Positions 39,361 to 52,011 are shown, numbered from the stretch's first letter. The stretch is DNA of 64,000 nt from Parasitella parasitica NRRL 2501 (GCA_025201805.1 MU619243.1:269436-333435); one strand, 5' to 3'. Notes: a model not told the origin generated them from the sequence alone. Numbers and translations are program-made.

Positions 39361-40210
39361 CCATCTGATAGACCAGATTTGTTACTTGATGAAATAGTGA
39401 AGCGGTCTGTTTTGGGACAGGTCGTTGTTTATTGTTACACCATCGAATTTCAGAACTGTGGCCTTCCCCATTGCTACATGCTCTTTATTTTGGACGAAAG
39501 AGACAAACCTAGAGCGGTGGAGGAAATCGGCAGTATTGCTTCTGCAAAAATATAAAATCCAGAAACCCACCCTCTTCCCTACGACTCAGTACCTACCAAC
39601 ATGGCATACGGCCTCTGTGGTATGCTCAATCCAGAAGAGATTTGCATGAAAAATGGAAAGTGTTCCAAAAACTACCCCTTCAGCTTTACTGCTTCTGCTA
39701 CAATGGGCGACGATGAAGACGCTGATCTCATCTACTGCAGAAGGATGATGCCTCAAAAAATTATTCTGAGAAATAATGGTAGAACAACTGTAGACAATCG
39801 GTGAATCGTACTTAACAATTTATACCTATCTGCAGAATTTAACGCTTACATAAATGCCAAGATTGTAATCAAATGAATTCTGTCAATTATGTCTTCAAAT
39901 ATAAATTTAAAGGTCATGATCGTACACAAAATCATATGAGAAATAATGTTCAGCAGGATGATATTCATCTACCAGGAAATAGTTTGGTTTTCAGAGTTTT
40001 TGCTTAATATGCCTACTGATTTTGTCCAGAATCCTGAAGAAATCCTGATCCCTGGTGACAATTTACTTTATTTACCAAGAAGAGTCTATTTCAATATTGC
40101 AAGCAGTGGTACTGATCCAAATTACTTCATTACTAAGCCATTATCACAGCCAAGAGCAAAGACCTTCACGTTATCAGCGAGTTAATTCAAAATTTTATCC
40201 CAGGACAACA
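39361..40210 (+). mobile_element. Degenerate, internally deleted Helitron RepHel fragment
   Basis: YTIEFQNCGLPHCYMLF (degenerate EFQxRGLPHxH HUH motif), CMKNGKCSKNYP, VDNR*IV..N.YL, YVFKYKFKGHDR, then a PIF1-helicase-like remnant; several stops and frameshifts. Confidence 0.85.
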
Positions 40211-40949
40211 GCTCGCCTTCACATACAGGGCATTGTGATGATGCTTTGTTTTCATTTATCAAATACATAATAAAACCCATAATATAAATCGCATTTTCGA
40301 TTGTTCCGAAAGTCAAACACGAATTTAGGAAAGTAATTTGTCGTTGACTTTGTCGTCTCGTTTCCTTAATACTCGTACAGAGTAGTTTGAACTGATGCTC
40401 TTGTCTTGATGTAATGCATAATCTTTCCTAAGTTTATAGATGTAGAAAAGTCGTCATCTGAGCTATCTTCTACACACTCTTTAAATAAATCTAAAAATTA
40501 TACATGTCTTTAGTAAAATTTTGCTTCATTATGTTAGAAATATGTAGAAGAGGCTAAAGAATTTTTTTCACTCTCTTTTCATTTTCCCAGTTTGATTTTA
40601 TGGGTAAAATAAAAGGTCAAGAGAAAAGAAATCTTGTTAGTTGATGGAAAACGTTGATAAGGATTGTAACTTCCATTCATTCGTGCATTTCTGCAAAAGA
40701 TATCTTATGATATATTATTTATAATAAATATTACTAGTTTTTAAAAACATAAAATTTACCAGCTCGACAATGCTTTATTACGAATCATTGAACTTCTGGA
40801 AATGAACCCCTAAGAGCACCTCCCTTGACTTGTATCCCTCATAGGGTTTTATTAGTACTATTAGCTTTTATTCAAAATTCAAACGTCATTAGGTATTAAT
40901 AATATAATAATGGCTATCATAAGTAAGAGACACCAAGTATGGCAAGCTA

Positions 40950-41070
40950 CTTTTGTAGATAAATTTTGATATTTGTGTCGCCTAGTGGAAATAAAGCATG
41001 TATCAAATAGCCCTGATCGTAGCAATATTATGCTAATAAAAAGTATGGCATGATCTGTTCTGTATGCAAA
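40950..41070 (+). repeat. Diverged partial copy of the ~330-bp repeat
   Basis: gtagataaattttgata...gcctagtggaaa...atagccctgatc aligns with the 38710-38780 block. Confidence 0.55.
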
Positions 41071-41526
41071 GCTATTGGCACGTACATACGTTTTTTGGAT
41101 GAAAGCTAAGTGTTTCTGCGGCTAGTTGTGTATGATAGATTATGCAGTGAACAGGAGAAACAGTCTTCAATTGAGTAGCAAGACATAAACGTAACAGGTA
41201 ACTTGGAAATGACTTGTAACTGAAAATAAATACCACCCAAATTGGATTTTTCTCTGCTAAGGACTTTAGTTTTCCATCTCTATAAGGGAGCATACCAGAT
41301 ATAAAGTATTGTACAGCATTTGAATGCTACAGTAAATAAATTTAGTCTCAATAGTCAAAGCTCAGGGTCATCCCATCATGAGATTTTGGGGCACCAGACT
41401 TGAATATTTTGTTCCGTTATGTACTGTCTACTGTATTTCATTCAAGCGACAACTCAAATGTTATCGTGTTATGGGTGGCCAGGCTAAAATGGTTAATTTT
41501 AATGCTTTTATCTTACAATATACTCA

Positions 41527-41562
41527 CACATGATACATGATACATGATACATGATACATGAT
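41527..41562 (+). repeat. (ATACATG)n 7-bp tandem repeat upstream of the trehalase gene
   Basis: ~5 copies visible directly. Confidence 0.85.
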
Positions 41563-41862
41563 GTAGCCCTTTATTATTTTCCCTGTAGACAGGTCTGTGC
41601 AATAGGATAACCAAGAGTTAAACAAGTTGCATGAGGTACACATTTTATTAGATGTAAATCTTTAGTATATGTGCATGCAACCAATCAATGGGTGAAGTAT
41701 TTGATGCCATTTTTTTTACAATAGAGCGTAAACAAGTTTATTTATGTACATAGATAGATCTAATCATCATTTGATTCATCTCAATTTTTTTTATTTATTT
41801 ATATTTATATATCTGTAGGGTTTTATACCTCTTTTCTTTCTTTAGACCTATTCTATCATAGA

Positions 41863-44418
41863 ATGCAATCCACTATTCATGTCCTCAGCGATCCAAATGT
41901 AGATGTCCATGCGCCTGCCCAAACCTATTATACCACGGGAAATAATGCTGGCGGATCAATCAGCCGATTACAGACATTTAAAGCAAGTATACTTATCACT
42001 TGCAATCTCTCTGTCATTGCGCTAACTGATAAATATATAAAATAGAAAGTTAAATCACAAGATTTGCCGCCGCGTAAAAGAAGAGCATCTTACGGTATGA
42101 TGAAACAAACATACAAAAAAGCGAGAAGGAAAATTCGGAACTAACAAACCCCAATATAAATATGACACATATAAACAGATGACAAAAACAAAGCACAAAA
42201 ATTCTTGATTGATGTAAAGGAGACGCAACGCATTTTGGTGGAACAAGAGGACACAGATGGCGATTTTCAAATTACTGTCAATGATCTCGGACCAAAATCA
42301 TTCTCTGTTGGCACAGCAGATTCAGGTGGCTATCGCAGAATTGAGATTCGCGGTACTTACATGCTCTCCAATCTGTTGCAAGAATTGGCACTAGCGGATG
42401 ACTTTGGCCGGAAACATATTGTACTCGATGAAGCACGTTTGAACGAAAATCCGGTAGACAGGCTGTCTCGTATGATTCGACATAACTTTTGGGATGGACT
42501 CACTCGTCGTATCGATGCTGAAGGCTTGGAGATTATTTGTGCAGACACCAAGAATCGCTCTGCAGACCATAATCCTCGCATCTACATACCCTTTGCCGAG
42601 GATGAGATATTCGAGTACTATAAAAAAGTTTCAGAATCACGGTCTCATTTGAAATTGCAGGTTGAAAGGTTGCCAAAGGAGATGACACCAGAATACGTCA
42701 AGAGTATAAACGATCGACCTGGTATTCTAGCACTTGCCATGAGAAAAGAATACAATCCTATCGCCAAGGAGCATGTCTGGAGAGGCGTGCCTTTTGTCGT
42801 TCCTGGAGGTCGATTCAACGAAATGTACGGTTGGGATTCTTATTTTGAAACGCTGGGGCTGTTGATCGATGATCGCACAGAACTAGCACAAGACATGGTG
42901 GATAACTTTGTTTATCAAATCAAACACTACGGGAAAATACTGAATGCAAACAGATCCTACTATTTGTGCCGCTCTCAGCCTCCGTTTCTGACTGATATGG
43001 CCCTCCGAGTGTACAAGAAATTAGATGCTTCCACAACTGGCAAGAGACTAGAAAACCTCGCTTGGCTGGCAAACGTATTTCAAGCAGCTATCAAGGAATA
43101 CAACCAAGTTTGGATGGCTGAACCTCGATATGATAAGAAAACCGGGCTTTCCAGATTCAGACCGGAAGGTCTTGGTATACCCCCAGAAACCGAAGCTTCT
43201 CATTTCGATCATGTGATTGAACCCTACGCCAAAGAAGCCAGTTTGAGTATACGAGAGTATATGGAGGGTTACAATAATGGCACCATCATGGAACCGCAAT
43301 TGGATGAATATTTCTTGCATGATCGAGCTGTGCGCGAATCAGGCCACGATACTACCTACCGATATGAAAAAGTATGCGCTAATCTTGCTACAATTGACCT
43401 CAATTCTCTGCTTTATAAATATGAAACGGACATTGCCGACACAATTGATCTGCTCTTTGATGGGGAGCTCTCGTTCACAGAGAATTCTACATCGATCAAG
43501 CATAATTCTCGGGAATGGAGACAACGAGCAGCCGCCCGAAAAGAGAAAATCAACACCTATCTGTGGAATGAAGAAAAGAGTCTTTATTTTGATTACGACA
43601 CTGTTTTAGAAAAACAAACCAACTACGAGTCTGTTACCACATTTTGGGCAATGTGGGCCAAATGCGCTAGTACCGAGCAGGCTGAAAAGATGATCAAGCA
43701 CTCGCTATACAAATTTGAGGCACTGGGTGGCCTAGTCTCTGGCACAGAAGAGTCCAGAGGCATTACATCGCTAGATCGACCCAATCGACAATGGGATTTT
43801 CCATTTGGTTGGGCTCCTCATCAAATCATGGCTTGGCAAGCATTTGAAAACTATGGTAAGAAGGAAATCGCAGAAAGAGTATCTTACCGCTGGTTATATA
43901 CGTAAGTGTGTCTTGATTAATATTTGCTTACGTTTGCTGGCCGTCTAACATGTAAAATTGAAAGTATCACAAAATCCTTTGTCGATTTCAACGGAGTAGT
44001 GCCTGAAAAATATGACATTGTGGGCATGACACACAAGGTACAGGTTGAATACGGAAATGTAGGCGTTGATTTCAAATATGTGCCAAGGGAGGGATTTGGC
44101 TGGATGAATGCCTCATATCAGATTGGGCTATCGCTGATCAGCACAAAAATGCGTCGTGCATTGGGCACTTGCACTCATCCAGATTTATTTTTTGAAAAGA
44201 CGCTCAAGACCGCCAAGAGCCCCGAGGAAATCACCAGACGGTTGAGTCGTAGAAAATCAGCGGAAGCAGCGGCAAGAAAGATTACACACAATGGCCAGAT
44301 TACAGCCGCTATCACAAGAATTGGAAGCAGCGGTGGCAATAGCCAGCAAAACTATGTCACGTCTGTAAACAATCCAGAAGTATTGTTCTTGGAATTAACA
44401 GAGCCATATCAGCACTGA
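41863..44418 (+). CDS. NTH1: Neutral trehalase (GH37) with PKA site and Ca-binding motif, 4 exons
   Basis: RRAS in exon 2, [62 protein letters not shown]; first intron GC-AG. Confidence 0.96.
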
Positions 44419-44662
44419 TAAATTCTGAAATATTTGGTCGATTTATGAATACATTTGTGGACAAAGAGAAAGAATGCTCTGATAATAAAAGCGATTGTTT
44501 ACTTTGCATATCTTTCTGTATTTTCTTTTTTTTTTTTTTTTTCTCATCACGGTTTATCATCTCAACATCACTTGCACTGTTCAAGAGGTGCATCTACTTA
44601 TGGTTATCGCTTTCTACCCGTGGTCGACAAGCTGTTGTGGGGTAATGATTTCTCATTACAAA

Positions 44663-46645
44663 ATGAAGTACTGGCTTACTACAGCTATTGTCTGCTATCT
44701 ATTAGCTCATGGAAGTGCAAATTCAGCTGAAGTATCAAAACTAAGATCGCCTCAGTGTGTGGCTGACTTAATGAGGAGTCAAGTGACTATGATGCAACAT
44801 TTCAATGGTATTTTTGGCGATTTTGTCATCAAGGAATCCACACCAGCGTCCATCTACGGCCCGATTGCTGCATTAAACATTACATCGAATGGCTTCAGTT
44901 ATAACTCGAAATCAAAAATGGATTGCAGGTCAAAAAACTATGTGATGAGATTAGGGTTAATGTCGAAACATGCTCAGGTTCAAGGCGATGTGAACGGCGA
45001 TGTTTGGACTGAAAAAGGGAGCATTGATACAAAAGGCACGGACAACTGTGCTTTCGATGCGCTCTCCCGTATTCAACATCCAAGCCAAGATTTGCTCCAG
45101 TCTTTATTCTCATTTGCACCCACCACTATTAGAGGAACATCAGCAAAACTATCATCATTGGCACCCGATACTGCCATTACTAGTGTTTCTAATGGTCTTG
45201 TATCTGCAAGTAAAACTAGATCGCGCAATGGGTATCGTATTTTGAAGCTTCCTGCTTGTTCTGATAGGGCTTGTACTACTGCAAGTAAGCTCGAGACAAA
45301 CCCAAATGTGCTCAAGGGAGGCAATACGTGGACGGGACAATATAGAAATGGTGTTTCACCCGATGAAATGATTGTGTTTAACGTAAAGTTTTCAAGATTA
45401 TATGTATAGTTTTTTTTTGCATGACTGATCAATCACAAAATTTAGATTCCCGTTTATGTAGGTAGTACCTTTACCATCTCAACGTTAGATGTCAACAAAG
45501 GAATCTCTCCCTGCCAAGCAATCTTCAATTTCTATGCTGTCAATCAAGCTGGAAGTCCTGTTTCGGATCCAAATGCATCGTTCACGCTTGTTCGATCTGC
45601 TGGTGTCACAATTGGTGGCACCATCATTGCACCTCAGGGTGGGTTTTAGTTTATAATACTTGAATACACTGTACTGACCTTGCCATGCGCTATCATAGCC
45701 CGTATTATTGATGCCTCAACTGGATCTTTTGGTGGCCAACTGATAACATTGCAAAGTTATGAGGGACATGGCGCTGATATCAAAGATTTTGACTCTGTAA
45801 GTAATGGTCAATGCACCTCTCGCTCTTTATGCTGGCCAATCGTGAAACCACCGCGAGTAGTTACAGAAATAGTTACAGCAACAGCGCGAGAAACTATTGT
45901 GTCTACTGTCAAAACTGAAAACGCCGTTTCCGTGACAATGGTTGAAAACCGAGCCGCTGTTCCTGTATCCTCTGTAGTAGTGTCGGAAACTGCTACGTTA
46001 AACTTGCCGCACGCTAACAATGCTCAAGTATTCAAACCAGTGGCATTTTATGCGCATAAACAAGAAAATAAAGACGATGAATATGACCGACAAGACATGG
46101 AAACAATTATAGATAGAAGAATGAAAATCATGGATGAGACTGTTACACGTACATTTACTGAAACTCATTTTATTAAGCATGAAGTTACTAAAACCATGAC
46201 GATGGAGACATTAAAGGAAGGCATATCGGCTGCTTATACCACAGAACTATTTCCTACGACTATCATCCCTGCCGCAACAGTACAAAGCCGGTTAGGAGTG
46301 CTTTACGATGAACATGTTCCTAGCGACAATATGAATGATGCCACACCTTCTGCAACGGGAGAATTTACAATGATTGAAGACTGCGATGATAATGACGATA
46401 ATGATTATGATGGCAATAATTTTGACGATGATAGCGACCACAACAATGATAGTGATAATAACGATGATAAAGAGGGGAAGAAAGAGCATCATCATTACCA
46501 TCAAGGCAAAAAGCATTGGAACAAAAACAAGCCCGAAAAGGCCTACTATGAGGAAGTTGAGTGTTATTGGAAAGACTTACTTGAAACTACAATCTGCATT
46601 ACACATGCCAACGAGGAATTTAATTCTGCAATACATTGGCAATAA
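44663..46645 (+). CDS. Secreted choice-of-anchor-A-like (beta-solenoid adhesin/ice-binding-like) protein with Thr-rich stalk and Asp/Asn/His-rich tail, 3 exons
   Basis: Signal peptide MKYWLTTAIVCYLLAHGSA; FNGIFGDF..IYGPIAA; IVFN|IPV..CQAIFNFY..IGGTIIAPQ|ARIIDASTGSFGGQLI. Confidence 0.7.
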
Positions 46646-46839
46646 ACATCATCCACTAAGCTCGTATTTACACTTGACCATTTTTTCCATTTGCTTTTTG
46701 ACCATACATATATACAAATGCATTTTCCGCCTAATAAATAAATACGCTGATTGTATCAACAAGATCAAGCCTTATCGCAAAAGAAAAGCGTTTTCAGATC
46801 ATCAAAACCACTACAGATTTATTACTATTATAGAAATAG

Positions 46840-48822
46840 CTATAGTCTATAAACATAATCAAGCGACTCGTCTCCTACTCTTGAGTCATTTTCCAATACA
46901 TCTTGCAATTCGTCTGCTGTAAGCTTTGCTTTTTCTTCATACTTTTTATCATTAGCGCGCTGTAAGAGGAAGCGTTGGGTTAGCGTAAGACAGATAAATA
47001 CGACTATGAAAGCCAAGTTTGTTATATGTCCACGAACTAGATATAGCTTAGCATCTGTTTGCACACACAACGAAATTAAGCCAACTTACGATATCGAGGA
47101 GCATCCGATTGCCTGTATATGTTTGATCCCAGAAGTCCAGCTGAATTGTTGGCAGATACTGCCATAGCTGTGGCCACACCTTTCTTCATGTCAGGTGCAA
47201 TGTTGCCAGTTAACCATGCATTGACAATTGGATTGATGACAAAAATACCAGCCACTGCAATACATACGCCTGTATATAATGCTGGTCTTGTTGTGCACAC
47301 TGTTAGGACGATGTATCCAATCATACAGATACATGCACCTGCAATTGCATGGAATGCACGGTCTTTTCGTCTATCAGAAGAATAGGCCCCAGCAATCATC
47401 TAGTCGTGGAAATTAGGCCAAGATCCTTCACTGACACTGCAAACACTTACAACAAAGACGGCACCCACGTAGGGAGGAGCTATTTGATGGAGTAGGTTGA
47501 GTTGAGTGTGATACAATTTCAGCCATGTTGTATAAATACCTGACATCAGGTTGGCAGTCAATTTATTATCGTATCCCATACCTTTGACAATGGAGGGCAG
47601 GAAGCTATCGTTAGCCGTATTAGTTTCGCACTATAAACTATTCTCATGCTGTAGTATTTACTTGGATATGCTCGTGTTTGGTACGCTGCCACAGAAGAAC
47701 ATGACCATATACATCCATACCTTCCAGTCTGTTAATGCCTTTAGTGCTTGTTTTTTGTTTGATGCATCCAAGTCTCCCAGTGTAATGTGATGATTTGTGA
47801 TTTCGCCATCTTCATTCAGCCTTTCAATAGCTAGGATTTTTTCCTCTTCTGTAAACATTGACCATGTTGATGGAGAGCCAGGCAAGTAGAAACTATAAAG
47901 CCGCCATGCACTTGGATTCAGCATGGTTGGTTACAGACAAAATGCTCACTTACAACGAAATGACTGCCACGACAACAGTAGGTATGCCTTCGATTAAGAA
48001 AAGCCATTGCCACCCTGTCAGGCCTCCGTTGCCTCTTAATTGCAAGATACCGTATGCCAATACGCCAGCTATCAATGTGGCCAGTTGGTCATCAAGACAA
48101 ATCATCATGCGTGTGGAGATGAAACTTACCATATGCATGTGCAGCTACTGTAGATCCCCAAAACAAAGCAATGCGTGTAGCCATTTCGCCCTTTTTGTAA
48201 AACAAAGTGAGAAAGTAGACGACACCTGGAAAGAATCCAGCTTCAAAAAAACCTAAAAAAAACCTTAATGTCATTAGCTGTTGATAGTTCTTTACAGCAG
48301 CGTGCAGACAAGCAATGGAGCCCCAGCAGATCATCAACAACGGCAGCCTACAGCAAAAATTTAACATGAAAAATTACTTATAAGGCACATCAATACTTGC
48401 CATTTCTTGGCTGTAAATCGCTTTAATAAAATATTGCTTGGTATTTGAAAGATCAAAAATCCAACCTATTGTTTGGTGTAAATACGACAAACAACGGAGT
48501 ATAAACATGCATACATACATAGAAAATAGTGACACAGGTGTTGAATTGATCAGGTGTAATGCCAACATCTTGTTCAAAATTATCCAACACAGCGTTGCCT
48601 GATAGTAATTACAATAAATACCGACAGAGTTCACTCATATGTCTATATTTCTCTACCTAAGCTTGATCTGTCCAATGAGGAGAATAAGTACATGAAGCTT
48701 AGAAATGGCAACAATCTAGTGTCCAACTTGCGGACAAGCTTCTTTTCAGCTGCGAGTCTTTCTTGATCGTGAGCAGCAAGCTCATGTTGCGAAATGTTAT
48801 TTTCGCCGTCATCTTTTACCAT
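46840..48822 (-). CDS. MFS transporter, anion:cation symporter family (DAL5/TNA1-like), ~10 exons
   Basis: KLVRKLDTRLLPFL..SSLDRSSLGNA, RFFLGFFEAGFFPG, GLTGWQWLFLIEG, SAPPY, DAPRY. Confidence 0.92.
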
Positions 48823-48881
48823 TAGAGTTTTAGTTTTTAGCAAAATAAGAAAAAGAGCTTCAAATGAACGCGGATACATTG

Positions 48882-49278
48882 ATGGGACATTATTCAAAAT
48901 ATCCCCTCGATAAACAGCTCCTTGCTTTGGTTTGGTGAATTTACAAGTTAGACTTACCAATAGAAAGTAACGGTTGATAGGGATTAGATGTTTCCATGAT
49001 ATATATGTTTTTTTTCTTTAAAAAAAAAAGGGAAAAATGATAACAATTCAAACTAGATTTCATGCTGCAATTACACTCCACATGATTTTTTGGTTGTTTA
49101 CACACGCCACCCAGCCAACTACGTTCACACGCTGCTTGGGATGTACGTCGATGAGAGCAAAACGATCATAAGATCTGCCTCAAAGGCTACGTCTTTGACC
49201 TGGGAGGCTACTACAATGATAGACTCACTGATTGCACAAAATCATCACTCGGTCGGTCAGAAACCATCATATTTTTGA
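48882..49278 (+). CDS. Putative 2-exon mini-gene resembling a RAD51-paralogue N-terminal helical domain (or extra 5' exons of RAD57)
   Basis: Exon 48882-48929, intron 48930-49056 (GT..AG, phase 0) and exon 49057-49278 give MGHYSKYPLDKQLLALISCCNYTPHDFLVVYTRHPANYVHTLLGMYVDESKTIIRSASKATSLTWEATTMIDSL... Confidence 0.45.
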
Positions 49279-49353
49279 TGGCGTGGCTTGAATACCATTC
49301 TATTTAATATAGTCACCTTGAGTTGTTTTTTTGAAAGGCCATCTCTCTTCCTC

Positions 49354-50526
49354 ATGAAACCAGAGTTGAAAAGTACTTTGGAAAGGCTAGGCGTGTTGAA
49401 TAAATTAGAAGAACGTAAATACCCAAATGTGTTTTCTCTCAAAAAAAGTGCCATATTTATTGTAACCTTATCATAGTGGGTCTGGATTCCGCAGATGACA
49501 TTTTATCTAAATCGTCAGCAGATCTTCAAAAGCTGTTACGCATTAACCACATTCAAGCATTTGTTATATTCAGAGCTGCTTCAAGAGATGTGTATGATTG
49601 GAAGGAAAGAGTAAAGACAGGCGATGAGCTATTGAATCAAGGTGCATCAATGCTGACAACAGGCGACCATGTAATAGATAGCGTATTGAATGGTGGAATA
49701 TCACTTGGGATGATAACAGAAATAGTAGGAGAAAGGCAAGTATCGATTTCTGTGGAATTGTGCACTCAGTAATACTCTATACAGCTCTTCTGGAAAGACG
49801 CAATTAGCTCTACAGCTGTCGTTAACAGCCCAAAGACTCAAATCAAAAGGTGGTCTGGAAGGAGCAGCCGTATATGTGCATTCAGAAGGTCCATTTCCTT
49901 CAGCCCGACTTGATCAACTTGTCAATAAATACCCAGCTTCTGAGCAGCAAGAGTTAAAGAGCAACATTCATACAATCCGCATCCGTACTAGCGAAGAGCA
50001 ATACCAAGTATTAGCCTATCAGCTACCTGTCTTCTTAGAGCGACACTCCAACGTACGGGTTGTAATAATAGACAGTATCAGTGCAATTTATAGAAGTGAA
50101 CCTCCGTCAGGACGAAATCGATTTGACAAGATGAGCGAAATTTGTGAATTAGGGTCTCGACTAAAGAAATTGGCTGTCCAATACCATGTAGCTATTGTAG
50201 CAGTAAATCAAGTCTCAGATGTATTTTCCAAGGAAAAAAACGGTAATAGTGATTTGATCGATAGTTGGATGGATTTTAAGCTAGTCAACACGGACGAAAA
50301 TAACCAAATGATTGGATTGTACATTCAATCTCTGTTAAAGAAGCCCATCTTGGGTTTAGCTTGGTCAAATTCAGTGAATACTCGGATCAGACTGGCTAGA
50401 TCACCTATGCTGGAGAGTTTATCAACCAGGCGAGTGTTATTTGTCGAGTTTTCGCCAATTGCATCCAGATTAGGCTGCGAATTGACAATTAACGAGGACG
50501 GCATTCAGGCTACTTGCCCTGAATGA
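49354..50526 (+). CDS. RAD57: RAD51 paralogue RAD57/XRCC3, 3 exons
   Basis: LTTGDHVIDSVLNGGISLGMITEIVGE|SSSGKTQLALQL (Walker A across a GC-AG intron), SEGPFPSARL, VIIDSISA, VAVNQVSD, PILGLAWSNSVNTRIRL. Confidence 0.92.
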
Positions 50527-50660
50527 TCAGTAGTTGGTGGCATACTATCCACCATTAGCAGTCTTGATTGTGACCTTTTTGGTTATTTCTAAAAAAAAAA
50601 AAAAAAAAAAAAAAAATTGCTCATAATAGACATATACACACATTCATCACATAATTTACT

Positions 50661-51436
50661 ATGGCAAAGAAGGGATCAAAAGCAGCGGATGGCGGTAGAA
50701 GATCCTCGGTTGTAGCAACGTCAGTGGATTTAGAGAATAAACACATTTCCACCGTCAATCACAATGAAGACATTGGAAAGTTCAGTGTCATCCGCTCAGC
50801 GCAACAAGAGACAAAGCAAGTAAAAAGTTGGGAAGAGCTAAAAAATGAATGTGAAAGCTTGCAAGATATTCGTAACACAATACGCCGTTTACCGTTAGAC
50901 AACATTCTTCCCTTGCTTCAGGAATTGTTGGCACAATTTGATGTGCAACAAGCTCGCGATGCCGTTTTGACAGAATGGATCAAGACGGTGCTTTTGACCC
51001 ATACAGCCTATTTCATGACACTGCCCGAAGTTGTACAGCGATTGTCGACACTCTACAAAGAATTGGATGATCGCCTAACCGTTTACCCCAAGTTATTGGC
51101 TATGCGTGGTCGCTTGGATCTTATACAAAATCAAATCGATGCTCGCAATCGCATAGAGGAGGACACAGATGATGAATCCGATATCGAACAAGTGCCATAT
51201 AAAAGTGAAAGCGATGATGATGTGGAAGATCAAGATGACGAGGATGATGATGCGCATGATGAGGATGATTTACTGGGGATGGACGATGAAGAGGTATGTT
51301 TTCTTTGGCGTTTGGGCATACAGCATATTGATTTTTTCTTTTCTTGCAATAGATGAAGATGTTTAGGGAAGAAGAAGACGATTTGAATACGGAGGATGAG
51401 GACGACAACTTGAGTGATAGCGATATAGAAGATTAA
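50661..51436 (+). CDS. Utp12/Dip2-domain (UTP5 C-terminal-like) protein with acidic tail and no WD40 repeats
   Basis: IRNTIRRLP..ILPLLQELL..WIKTVLLTHTAYFMTLPEVVQRLSTLY..RL..YPKLLAMRGRLDLI; intron 51294-51352. Confidence 0.75.
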
Positions 51437-52011
51437 ATGGAAGTTTACATGTAATAAATTATACGTAAAAACGCAAATCATTTTTACATGGAAACCTCAG
51501 GGCAATTGATAAGCAAAAATTCCCACTGTTTATGCGGCTTTCACCAGTGCAGGTCAGTCCGATTGATGGAGTGGCTAACGTTACATGGGTAGTGTGCTTA
51601 AAAACTGCTTTTTGCAAGGTAAAACAGTTATTCCCAACTAGTATAATTGTCTTCACATATAGAACATGATGCATGAAAACAAAACAAAATGCTCCTAGGT
51701 TGCAACTAAATATTATGATCATTCTTTGCGCCAAAATTATACACAAATCACAACCTGAAAGGTATATATCCAGCCGTTCGATGTATATTGATGCAGGAGA
51801 AAAACGGTTGATCGATAATATGAATTTTATGCCGTTCGATTTTATAAATACAGGTGCATAAATTACAGGACTTGGAGGGGGGGGCATTCGATACATTAAT
51901 AGCTGTACGGTTTAAATGCAAAAATGGTATATATTACAGTAGCATTTGAGAAGGGAGTATATACAATACTTCTATGTTACGCCCTCGCATCATATACATG
52001 TATAATTTTTT

